NCBI GenBank assembly: GCA_030525985.1
Contig: JAUNDR010000004.1
Location: forward strand, 3,327 to 67,326
Direction: 5' to 3'
Source: Slackia sp.
Lineage (GTDB): Bacteria > Actinomycetota > Coriobacteriia > Coriobacteriales > Eggerthellaceae
Length of the DNA stretch: 64,000 bases
The first letter of the stretch is position 1. Every line of letters starts with the position of its first letter. Both the position numbers and the translations under genes were made by a program. The notes below the pieces were generated by a model. The model did no database searches. It saw only the letters and a list, made by a program, of their open reading frames with translations, and was not told the origin of the DNA. Below, piece after piece: positions 37,241-46,062 of this stretch.

Positions 37241-39103
37241 ATGTGCGGATTCGTCGGATTCACCGGTGATGTCGAAAACAGGCAGCAGGTTCTCGAGGCC
37301 ATGATGGATCGCATCGTCCATCGCGGTCCCGATATGGGGGATACGTTTCTGGCCGACCGCGTGGCCATGGGCTTTCGCCGTCTGTCCATTCTCGATTTGA
37401 CCGAGGCGGGCTCGCAGCCCATGAGCAACGCCGACGGCAGCGTGGTGATCACGTTCAACGGCGAGATTTACAATTTCCAAGAACTGCGCTCCGAGCTCGA
37501 GGGCAAAGGCTACGAATTCCACTGCGACGCCGATACGGAATCGCTCCTGCATGGCTACGAAGAGTGGGGTGAGGGCGTCGTCGACCGCCTGCGCGGCATG
37601 TACGCCTTCGTCATCTGGGACAAGAAGAAAAACCGCCTGTTCGGCGCGCGAGATATCTTCGGCATCAAGCCGTTCTATTACTGCACTACCGCGCAGGGCG
37701 ATCTTCTGTACGGCTCCGAAATCAAGAGCTTCCTCGAGCATCCCGGCTTCGTGAAAGCCGTGAACAAGCAGGCTCTGCGCCCGTATCTGACCATGCAGTT
37801 CCCCGCCACCGACGAAACGTTTTTCGCCGGCGTGTACAAGCTGCCCGCCGCGCATTGCTTCACGTATGACCTGGAAAGCCGCGCCATGGACGTGCGCCGC
37901 TATTGGGATGCCGATTTCTCCGACGATGACTCTAAAGATTTCGACGCCTACGTGGAAGAGTGCGATCAGGTGGTTCACGAAAGCGTCGCGGCGCATCGCA
38001 TCGCCGACGTGAAGGTGGGTTCGTTTTTGTCGGGCGGCGTCGATTCCAGTTATATCGCCGCGTGCCTCATGCCCGACAACACGTTTTCCGTGGGCTTCGA
38101 TTACCAGGATTTCAACGAGACGAACTATGCCGCCGAGCTTTCCGACAAGCTGGGCATCAAGAACTTCCGCAAAATGGTGACGGCGGACGAATTCTTCGAC
38201 ACGCTGCCTGAAATCCAGTACCACATGGACGAGCCTCAGAGCAATCTGTCCAGCGTGCCGCTGTGGTTCCTGGCGCAGCTCGCATCCGAGCAGGTCACGG
38301 TGGTGCTTTCGGGCGAAGGCGCCGATGAGCTGTTCGCGGGCTATGCCTATTACGAAGATGTGCCGTCGCTGGCGAAATTCAAGCGCATCGTGCCGCGCTC
38401 CATTCGCCGCAGTCTGGGTAAGTTCGTCGAGAACAAATCGTATTTCAAGGGCCGCAACTTCCTGCTCAAGGCCGCCGAGATGCCCGAGAAGTGGTTCACG
38501 GGCCAGGCGTTTATCTATCGCAGCGACGAAATCGACGACGTGGTGAAGCCCGAATACGCCAAGGGTCCCGACGCGTTCGAACTGTGCGCGCCGGTGTACG
38601 GGCGCGTGCAGAACTTCTGCGACCTGTCCAAGCGCCAGTATCTGGATATGAACATGTGGCTGCCGGGCGACATTCTGCTCAAGGCCGACAAGATGTGCAT
38701 GGCGCATTCGCTCGAGCTGCGCGTGCCGTTTTTGGACAAGAAGGTCATGGAGTTCGCCCAGCATATCCCCGCGCGCTATCGCGTGAACGAAAACGGCAAC
38801 AAGCAGGTGCTGCGTCATGCCGCAAATCGCATCCTGCCTGATGAATGGGCGACGCGCCCCAAAAAAGGCTTCCCCGTGCCGCTGAAGTTCTGGCTGCGCG
38901 AGCAGAAGTACTACGATTACGTGAAAGAGTACTTCACCGCGCCGTGGGCAGAGGAGTTCTTCGACACGAAGAAGCTCATGGCCATGCTTGACGAGCATTT
39001 CGAGGGACGGGCGCTCAACCATCGTAAGATCTACACGGCGCTCACGTTCCTCATCTGGTACAAGCGCTATTTCGTGGACGAGCAGGGATGCGCTGCGGCT
39101 TAG
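37241..39103 (+). CDS. asnB: asparagine synthase (glutamine-hydrolysing)
   Basis: 620 aa; N-terminal nucleophile MCGFVGF; SGGVDSS pyrophosphatase loop. Confidence 0.93.
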   Translation: MCGFVGFTGDVENRQQVLEAMMDRIVHRGPDMGDTFLADRVAMGFRRLSILDLTEAGSQPMSNADGSVVITFNGEIYNFQELRSELEGKGYEFHCDADTESLLHGYEEWGEGVVDRLRGMYAFVIWDKKKNRLFGARDIFGIKPFYYCTTAQGDLLYGSEIKSFLEHPGFVKAVNKQALRPYLTMQFPATDETFFAGVYKLPAAHCFTYDLESRAMDVRRYWDADFSDDDSKDFDAYVEECDQVVHESVAAHRIADVKVGSFLSGGVDSSYIAACLMPDNTFSVGFDYQDFNETNYAAELSDKLGIKNFRKMVTADEFFDTLPEIQYHMDEPQSNLSSVPLWFLAQLASEQVTVVLSGEGADELFAGYAYYEDVPSLAKFKRIVPRSIRRSLGKFVENKSYFKGRNFLLKAAEMPEKWFTGQAFIYRSDEIDDVVKPEYAKGPDAFELCAPVYGRVQNFCDLSKRQYLDMNMWLPGDILLKADKMCMAHSLELRVPFLDKKVMEFAQHIPARYRVNENGNKQVLRHAANRILPDEWATRPKKGFPVPLKFWLREQKYYDYVKEYFTAPWAEEFFDTKKLMAMLDEHFEGRALNHRKIYTALTFLIWYKRYFVDEQGCAAA

Positions 39104-39257
39104 AGGCCGCATGCGTAATAATGCGTGCAATTTGATGTTTTTCGCCGCGGCTCCAAGGTATCGGGGCTGCGGTTTTTTTGTTTGTCGTCGTCTTGGCTCC
39201 ATTTGCCTTCCCGATTCCTTTTTTGTATCGGAAAGGGGTCTCTCGGCCAAAAATCGG

Positions 39258-39372
39258 GAGTTGTGCCACGGATTCGATCGTGTCCACTGACGTCGAACTT
39301 TTACGACCTGGGGAAACGCTTCTGTGTTTGCGGTTTTTACTCACTTTGACGTTCGAAATCGTGGCACAACTC
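39258..39372. repeat. 13-bp perfect inverted repeat gagttgtgccacg / cgtggcacaactc separated by 89 nt
   Basis: Read directly; lies in lower-GC non-coding DNA between asnB and a small orphan gene. Confidence 0.8.
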
Positions 39373-39442
39373 GGAAAAACCGGCAAAGCGAGGGCTCTAT
39401 CGGTTGGTTTGCCGGGACGTTGGCGGAGTTGCGGTTCGTTTT

Positions 39443-39724
39443 CTATTTGAACCCGCGAACGATGCGCTTTTTGGGCTTATGCTCGGCAGGTTCGCGGAAA
39501 TCAAGCTGCATCTGATGGTCGGAGCGCACGTCGTCCGACTTTTTCGCCTCCACGGAGTCAATCTGCCAGGCCACGGCTTCATTCCCGTACGATTGCAGCA
39601 TGCACATGCGGGCATCATGCATATTCTGCTTCGAGCCGGCGCGATGGCCGCTCTCGAATTCGAACACGCCCGAAACCTGTGTGGTTCCATTCGGCGATTT
39701 GTAATGGGCTATATAGGTGGGCAT
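39443..39724 (-). CDS. hypothetical small protein (93 aa)
   Basis: MPTYIAHYKSPNGTTQVSGVFEFESGH...; GAAGGA RBS before ATG 39724; no family recognised; lower GC. Confidence 0.45.
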   Translation of the reverse strand: MPTYIAHYKSPNGTTQVSGVFEFESGHRAGSKQNMHDARMCMLQSYGNEAVAWQIDSVEAKKSDDVRSDHQMQLDFREPAEHKPKKRIVRGFK

Positions 39725-40105
39725 CGGAATTCCTTCGTTTGCGTGATTGAGAATCGTCGGGCCGCAATGTGCCCGGAAGCGTTGTCGATTGTAGCGCATG
39801 GCGAAACGCGCGGGAGAGGCGGCTCGATTATGCGCTGTGTGCTGATGGCCACGTGGGCGAGGGCGGTCGCGCCTTTGCCCACGCGGCGGCAGACGCGTCT
39901 TGCCGCCGCCTCACGCGCCGGGCGCACGAGATGCGTGGGCGTCCGGCTCTTGGCTTGCCTTCCGTGGGCGTTTGCAGGGGGGCAATCGATCGCGCGACCG
40001 CCCGAACTGGGGCGATTGGCGATTTTACGGAACTCCGTCGTATCTTGCGTGCAAATCGAACGGCGGTCGGAGGGCGTTTCTTCCCGCGCTTTCGCACCGT
40101 GCCCG

Positions 40106-41605
40106 CTATGCGCCCAGGATTTCGCGAGCCATTGCCAAGTCGCTTTTGACTTCGGGATAATCGTCTCCACGATGCTGGGTGGTTTCGTCGCCCTTCGCCA
40201 GAAGTAGCACGACGGAGGGTTCGCTTTGTGCCGCCTCGAATGCGCGCTGCACGGCGGCCTCGCGGTCGTAGATTTCCTCGTGCGCCACACCTTCCGGCGT
40301 GTTCGCGGCAAGCTCGGCGCAGATATCTTCCACGCGTTCGTGGGCGGGGTCCTCCTCGGTGTAGACGATCAGGTCGGCGTAGCGGCCCGCCACGCGCGGC
40401 AGGCATTCACGCCGCTCGACGGCCTTGCCGCCCGGCGCCCCGAATACGGCGATGACCTTGCGGCCAGGGTATTCGCGCGCGACGGATGAAAACAGCGTTT
40501 CGAAGGAAAGCTCGTTGTGGGCGTAGTCCACGATGCACACGGTGTTTTCGTCGGCGGATGCCACGAGCTCCATGCGGCCAGGCACGCGCACATGGGCGAG
40601 GCCTTCGGCGATGGAGTCGAACCCGATGCCAGCAATCCGCGCCATGACGATGGCCGCCAGCGCATTCGATACGTTGAACGCGCCCGCCATGCCAAGCGTG
40701 AAGGCGCGGGTCTCTCCTTCGGCGACAAGGTCGAAGGAGATGCCGTGCGTCGACGTTTCGATATTGCGCGCCTGATAGCCGGCGTCATCGCGTTCGATGC
40801 CGAAAGTAACGATGCGTTCGGCGGCGCGCGTCGCGTCGAGGACGCGTTCGGCATGGTCGGTGTCCAGGTTCACCACGGCGGTGCGGCATTGTTCGAAAAT
40901 GCGCAGTTTCGAGGAGAAATAATCTTCGAAATCGCTGTGTTCGACGGGGGAGATATGGTCGCGTCCTATGTTGAGGAAGCATGCGGTGCCGAGGTGCAGG
41001 CCGAGCACGCGGTCGTATTTCAAGCCGTGGCTCGATACCTCCATCACCATGATGCCGCGCCCTGCCTCTTCGGTGTTGCGCAGGTGGCGCCACAGCTCGG
41101 GCGCTTCGGGTGTAGTGTTGTGGCTTTCGTAATGCTCCATGCCGTCGTCGGTTTCGATGGATCCCAGGATTGAGGTATCCACGCCTGCTGCGGTGAAGAT
41201 GGAGCGCAGCATATAGGCGGTCGTCGACTTGCCCTTCGTGCCCGTGATGCCGATGATGTTCAGGCGCTCGTCGGGGTTGCCGTATGCCGCTGCGGCAGCG
41301 AGGGCCATGGCGTGGCGCACGTCGGAAGCGACGATGCGTGGCGTATTGCCGCCGGCTTCCGCGAGGCTTTCTACGAGCGATTCGTCGCACAGGTACGCTG
41401 CCGCGCCCGCGTCGATCGCCGATGCGAGGAAGGCTGGTCTGAATGCCGCGCCCTTGCAGACGAACAGGCAGCTCGGCGCGACCTCGCGCGAGTCCACCGT
41501 CATGCCGCTTATTTGTGCGTCGTTTCCTTCGAGGCGTGCGGGGCATTCGGCGTTGTTCAGTAGGTTGACCAGGTATTTCAGCGAGAGGGATGGCGTGGTG
41601 CTCAT
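40106..41605 (-). CDS. murE: UDP-N-acetylmuramoyl-L-alanyl-D-glutamate--2,6-diaminopimelate ligase
   Basis: 499 aa; GITGTKGKSTT P-loop; Mur ligase middle and C-terminal domains; DNPR-like region (EEDPAHE). Confidence 0.92.
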   Translation of the reverse strand: MSTTPSLSLKYLVNLLNNAECPARLEGNDAQISGMTVDSREVAPSCLFVCKGAAFRPAFLASAIDAGAAAYLCDESLVESLAEAGGNTPRIVASDVRHAMALAAAAAYGNPDERLNIIGITGTKGKSTTAYMLRSIFTAAGVDTSILGSIETDDGMEHYESHNTTPEAPELWRHLRNTEEAGRGIMVMEVSSHGLKYDRVLGLHLGTACFLNIGRDHISPVEHSDFEDYFSSKLRIFEQCRTAVVNLDTDHAERVLDATRAAERIVTFGIERDDAGYQARNIETSTHGISFDLVAEGETRAFTLGMAGAFNVSNALAAIVMARIAGIGFDSIAEGLAHVRVPGRMELVASADENTVCIVDYAHNELSFETLFSSVAREYPGRKVIAVFGAPGGKAVERRECLPRVAGRYADLIVYTEEDPAHERVEDICAELAANTPEGVAHEEIYDREAAVQRAFEAAQSEPSVVLLLAKGDETTQHRGDDYPEVKSDLAMAREILGA

Positions 41606-41672
41606 GGGTCTTCCTTTGCGTGGTGTCGATATGGCGAAGCCATGGCGGCGCGTCGTTCCGAAGCGCGCTGCG

Positions 41673-41681
41673 TGCTATAAT
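41673..41681 (+). promoter_or_regulatory. extended -10 promoter TGcTATAAT (plus strand)
   Basis: Perfect TATAAT with a TGn extension, pointing toward the hairpin at 41762-41785. Confidence 0.4.
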
Positions 41682-41687
41682 GCGAAA

Positions 41688-41792
41688 TGCAAGGCAGCGC
41701 CCGCCGGATCTAACGAACTTTCTACGGCTGTTAGCTACGGGTGATGCTTGTCAGTTCTTAGAAAGCCGGATGCCCGTCCGGCTTTTCTATTC
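41688..41792 (+). ncRNA. candidate ~105-nt small RNA, convergent with a small toxin-like ORF
   Basis: Bounded by the extended -10 at 41673-41681 and the hairpin aaagccgga/tccggcttt plus a U-rich tail at 41762-41791. No expression data. Confidence 0.25.
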
Positions 41793-41903
41793 CCTGGGTT
41801 CCATCTTGTTTTCTCGCTTTTTTCCGCGGCGGAACTTACCGACGCAATCGAGTACGAATGAGACGATCGTGCAGCATGCTGCAAGGCAGGCCAATAGTTC
41901 CAT
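41787..41903 (-). CDS. 38-aa hydrophobic, Cys-rich small membrane peptide (type I toxin-like)
   Basis: MELLACLAACCTIVSFVLDCVGKFRRGKKRENKMEPRE; strong RBS GAGGAAGGAG 6 nt before the ATG; the stop codon abuts a hairpin. Confidence 0.4.
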   Translation of the reverse strand: MELLACLAACCTIVSFVLDCVGKFRRGKKRENKMEPRE

Positions 41904-42480
41904 AGGATGCTCCTTCCTCTCGAAACAAGCATCCCCGCAGGCTCGGCGAGCACTGCCTGAGCGCCATTGTACTTGAGGTGCGGGACTGCGCGGCTCTTGC
42001 GTCGCGGGCATCATCGAATGCGCTTTTCTTGCTTCCTGCCCTCTCGAACCGGTTGCCGACGTGTGTCCGCACGGGTTAGCCGCTCTGGCGCCCATCGATT
42101 CTCTCGTTTCAATCCGCGCGGCTTTTTGTCCGAACGTCGTTCCCCGTTCGGTTCTGTCCTCGGGAGCGTTGCCGTTTCGTTGGAATTCTGCTTCTCCACC
42201 TGCAATCGGGAGAAGGGGCGCTCCCTGTATACTGGGTGTGTTTTTTGTTCCATGGCGAATACGCGGCGCTTGTGGACGGACGCCTTCGTTTCCCAAGCTT
42301 CGTTCGCGCGCGGCGATGGCCTGCGACGTCGGGCTTGTGCGCCTTGCCGCTTGTGCTTCGCTTGCCCGATCTTGGCTGCTCGTGCCGCAATGCGCTGCCA
42401 GCGCTTGCGGTTTCCGCGCGGCTTGTTGTCGCGCAAACGGCGTAGAGGTGCCGTGTTTCCCGAATACGAAAGGAGCGCCC

Positions 42481-42972
42481 ATGCGTCCCTTGCCTCAAAA
42501 TCAGCTGAATCCCAAGGTGAAAAGCGTTTGGCGCATCAGCGATGCGCTCTGGATCACGGCGACGTTCGTCGTGTGCGCCGGCGGCTTTTTCATCGCCGCC
42601 CTTGTCGAGCCCGATAGCGGTTGGGCGTGGGCGGTCGTCGGCATCGTGACGGCGATCTGGGTAGCCATGATGCTCGTCTGGGTTGTCGTCTTGCCGCCGA
42701 TTCGTTATGCGCGGTGGCGTTATGAGGTGGGCGAGAACGAACTCGATATCGCCAAGGGCATCGTATGGCGCAGCAGGTCGGTCATCCCGTTCGTGCGCGT
42801 GCAGAACACCGACACCAAGCAGGGCCCCATTCTGCGTGCATTCGGCTTGGCAAGCGTCACTGTGGCCACGGCTGCAGGCGAGCACGTGATTCCCGGGCTT
42901 TCTTTCGAAGAGGCCGACGTTTTGCGCGACAAGATCGCCGAGCAGGCGCGTCTTGCGCAAGAGGATGTGTAG
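42481..42972 (+). CDS. bacterial PH (bPH_2/YdbS-like) domain membrane protein
   Basis: 163 aa; two TM helices followed by a YEVGENELDIAKGIVWRSRSVIPFVRVQNTD bPH motif; GAAAGGAG RBS. Confidence 0.85.
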   Translation: MRPLPQNQLNPKVKSVWRISDALWITATFVVCAGGFFIAALVEPDSGWAWAVVGIVTAIWVAMMLVWVVVLPPIRYARWRYEVGENELDIAKGIVWRSRSVIPFVRVQNTDTKQGPILRAFGLASVTVATAAGEHVIPGLSFEEADVLRDKIAEQARLAQEDV

Positions 42973-42975
42973 GCC

Positions 42976-45138
42976 ATGAGCGATATGCGAAATAGCACCT
43001 TCGACCAAGAGGGCATATTGGCGCCGTCCGACTCTGCCTGCCGAAAGGCGCCTGGCGCCGCCGATGCTTGCGGGTCTCGAGGCGAAACCGCTCAGGAGGT
43101 TCCCGCTACGGACGGCTTGAGCGCGGAGTGGCGCGCGTATCGCGATGCGTTGTCGGCTGCCGCGCGCGCCGATGCGTCTGCTCCCTTTGCGCCGGGCGAT
43201 GCCCGCGCGGCGGTGCCCGAGCCGTTGCGTCCGGGTAAGCATGCGGTCCATCATTCGTATATATGGCTCGGCGGCCTGTCGGCGATGGGTGCCATCATGG
43301 TGGCGGTGCTGATATCCATGGTGGGTTCGATTCCTTCCCTTATCGAGGATATTCCCGCCGCGCTTCTTGTTCCCATCGTGCTCGGCGGCGGCCTCATTTT
43401 CGCGATCGTCCTTGCCGGCATCGCGTTTTTCGTGCAATGGCTGTCGTGGAAAAATCTGCGTTACGAACTGGGTCCTTCGGAGTTCGCGCTGTTTTCGGGC
43501 GTCATCAGCAAAAAGCGTCGTCACGTGCCCTATCAGCGCGTCCAGTCGGTGAACCAGCAGGCGGGCGTTTTGCAGCGGGTACTCGGCATTTGCAACGTGA
43601 AGATCGACACGGCGGGCGGCGCCGCTAACGAGGCCGTCACGCTTCGCTACGTGCGCGTCTCCGACGCCGAGGCATTGCGCTCCGAGCTGTTCCGTCGCAA
43701 GAAGATTCTTTTGGCGGGCGGATCCATCGACGAATTCGGCACTGCCTTCGTCGGCGGCGAGGTGGTGCCGTCGGCGTGGATAGCGGCATGCGCGGGTGGC
43801 GACGTTCGTTCTGCCGCATTCGCTTTCGGTGCCGATGCCTCGATTTTCGACAGGTCTTTCGATGCGCCGATGTCCGAAGGCTTTGCGGTCGACGCTGCTG
43901 CGGCCGGCGGCGCGATAAAAGTCGGCGGCGGAAACGTTCTCGACGGCGCTGATGAGTTGCTCGGCGATTTGCGCGGCGTGTTCGGCGGTCAAGAAGTCGC
44001 CACGGGCGCCGTCTCTTACGAATCGGGCTTGAGCAACAAGGAGCTTTTCTTCGCAGGTCTGTCGGGTGCCGCGGGGCATTTCGGCGTCATCATCGCCGGC
44101 ATCGTGGGCCTGGCGGGCGCCGTTGTCCAGTTCTTCCAGAGCAATATCGAATCGTGGATCGAGCTTGCATTCGACGGCTCGGCGGCTGCGGACGGCGCCG
44201 ACGTTTTGGGCGGGCTGTTCGGCTCGTTCGCTTGGCAGCTGGCCCTGTGGGCGGTGCTGTCGGTGCTGGCCCTGTGGGCGTTTTCCGTCATCGGCACCAT
44301 CGTGCAGTACGGCGGATTCAAGGTGCGTCGCCGCGAGAGCCGCATCGAGGTGGAGCACGGTTTGCTGCAGCGGACGTTTCACGGAGTCGATGTCGACCGC
44401 GTGCAGACCGTCATCGTGAAACAGTCGTTCGTGCGTCGCCTGATCGGCTACTGCGAGCTTTCCGTCGGCAAGATCGATTCCGCCACGCAGGATGGCCAGG
44501 ATAAGCAGATGGCGGCGCGCGGCGTGGTGATTCACCCGTTCGTGAAAATGGATCGCGTCCCCGAACTTGTGTCGGGCCTGCTGCCCGAGTTCGCCGATAT
44601 GCCGCAAGAGACCGTGAAGCCCGCTCCCATCGCTTTGCGCCGCGCCATCGTGCGCCGCGGCATCATTCGCAGCACGATGTTCTGGGTGGCGCTTGCGGCT
44701 ATCGTCGGAAGGATGGTTCTTGAGGCGGGGGTGCGCGCCGGGGTGCTTTCGGTCGATCCCGGCACTTTCGCTATTTTGGAGATAGCGTTTGCCGGGTGCA
44801 TCGCATTGTTCGTGATTGTTTTTGCGCTGAACGTGATCGATGCGGCGCTGTGGCATCGCGGGTCGGGTCTTGGCTACGACGATTCGTTCATGAGCGTTAC
44901 GAACGACGGCCTGTCGAGGCGAACCGTGGTGTTTCCGCGCAAGAAAATCCAGTACGGATCGCTGGTGACGAACCCGTTCCAGCGCATGGCGCATGTCTCC
45001 ATCGTGAGTGCCGTTACGGCGGCGGGCGTGGGCGGCACCACGGAGCAGCTGTGGGACGTATCCGACGAAGAGGCGGGTCGTTGGCTGGAATGGGTGCGTC
45101 CGCGCGGAAATGCGCAGGGGGAGACGTCGTTCGTCTGA
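42976..45138 (+). CDS. YdbT-like membrane protein with three bPH_2 domains
   Basis: 720 aa; repeated TM pair plus bPH units (YELGPSEFALFSGVISKKRRHVPYQRVQSVN; IEVEHGLLQRTFHGVDVDRVQTV; SFMSVTNDGLSRRTVVFPRKKIQY). Confidence 0.85.
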   Translation: MSDMRNSTFDQEGILAPSDSACRKAPGAADACGSRGETAQEVPATDGLSAEWRAYRDALSAAARADASAPFAPGDARAAVPEPLRPGKHAVHHSYIWLGGLSAMGAIMVAVLISMVGSIPSLIEDIPAALLVPIVLGGGLIFAIVLAGIAFFVQWLSWKNLRYELGPSEFALFSGVISKKRRHVPYQRVQSVNQQAGVLQRVLGICNVKIDTAGGAANEAVTLRYVRVSDAEALRSELFRRKKILLAGGSIDEFGTAFVGGEVVPSAWIAACAGGDVRSAAFAFGADASIFDRSFDAPMSEGFAVDAAAAGGAIKVGGGNVLDGADELLGDLRGVFGGQEVATGAVSYESGLSNKELFFAGLSGAAGHFGVIIAGIVGLAGAVVQFFQSNIESWIELAFDGSAAADGADVLGGLFGSFAWQLALWAVLSVLALWAFSVIGTIVQYGGFKVRRRESRIEVEHGLLQRTFHGVDVDRVQTVIVKQSFVRRLIGYCELSVGKIDSATQDGQDKQMAARGVVIHPFVKMDRVPELVSGLLPEFADMPQETVKPAPIALRRAIVRRGIIRSTMFWVALAAIVGRMVLEAGVRAGVLSVDPGTFAILEIAFAGCIALFVIVFALNVIDAALWHRGSGLGYDDSFMSVTNDGLSRRTVVFPRKKIQYGSLVTNPFQRMAHVSIVSAVTAAGVGGTTEQLWDVSDEEAGRWLEWVRPRGNAQGETSFV

Positions 45139-45537
45139 GCGGGTGGAGAAAGGCCCGAAAGCACACTCTGCCGGCCTTGCAATGTTCGGCCGGCAAGGCG
45201 CCGGCACGGCTGAGCGTGCTGATAGGGAAGAGGGACAGTGGCGGAATCGCGCGATTCCGCCGTTAGGCGTTGAACCAGCGCGAAGGTTTCCCGACGAGCC
45301 GCCTGGTGGGCTCGTGCGGAAGCGCGCAGAGGGAAGGCCGTCGATAGCGAGCAAGCCGTGCGGCATGGTGCGCTGTCGATAATCGACCGGCTGTGCACCA
45401 TGGCGACGGCGGAGTACGGTGCGGCATCGCGCTGATGGCGAAGTGCGCGACGGCAGAGCGCGGTGTGGGCGTCGCGTTGATGGCGAAGCCTGTGACGGTG
45501 GCGTCTTTCGCTTCGTGAAACGCGCGGTATTCCGTCT

Positions 45538-45595
45538 CGACGTACTAAAAGAGCGTTTTTCGCCCCTGAAATCCAGAAATTGCTTCTTTAGTACG
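45538..45595. repeat. 58-bp hairpin unit A (cgacgtactaaa ... tttagtacg)
   Basis: 9-bp terminal inverted repeat cgtactaaa/tttagtacg around a 37-nt core; paralogous to unit B. Confidence 0.85.
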
Positions 45596-45703
45596 TCTGC
45601 ACGTCGAAATGGCGGCCTTTGAGCGAGCGAAGATTTGCGAGGCTCGGTAAAATACCAGGTCACAGCATCGCCCGATTGGCGCTTGAAATATCGGGCGTTT
45701 CAG

Positions 45704-45761
45704 CGACGTACTAAAGTGGCATTTTTGGGAATTCGAGTGCAGAAAAAGCGACTTTAGTACG
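45704..45761. repeat. 58-bp hairpin unit B (cgacgtactaaa ... tttagtacg)
   Basis: Same 12-nt left end, same 9-nt right end, identical 58-bp length; core about 21/37 identical to unit A. Confidence 0.85.
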
Positions 45762-46015
45762 GATGCGGCTGCGGCGATGTCTTTGCTGCTGGTGGAAACG
45801 GTCTTGGGCAATAGTGCGGCACGCTACAGAAAGAACGATATGTATGTAGGAATGCATGTGACCGCGCCGTCTTTTCTGACGCCTTTCGTGTAAACGAGAA
45901 ATTGCTTGCCGATGCGTTGCGAGAATTTCAGCGAGAAGGAATTTCGCTGACCGACCGCTTCTATCGTCGCAGTTCATTGCTGATTTTTTGCCTTGCTGCT
46001 TTGCGGGAATCCCCC

Positions 46016-46062
46016 ATTTCCGCACTTTTTGAAACGGCATTTTTCCCGATTTCCGCACTTTT
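46016..46062 (+). repeat. two 14-nt direct repeats ATTTCCGCACTTTT spaced 33 bp
   Basis: Copies at 46016-46029 and 46049-46062, about 270 nt upstream of the BspA-like gene. Confidence 0.8.

Noticed and set aside
41904-42482. Upstream 193 codons of the 231-aa minus-strand ORF that ends in the 38-aa peptide.
   Set aside because: This part is Arg/Ala/Pro/Gln-rich with no motif. The only strong RBS lies immediately before the internal ATG at 41903.
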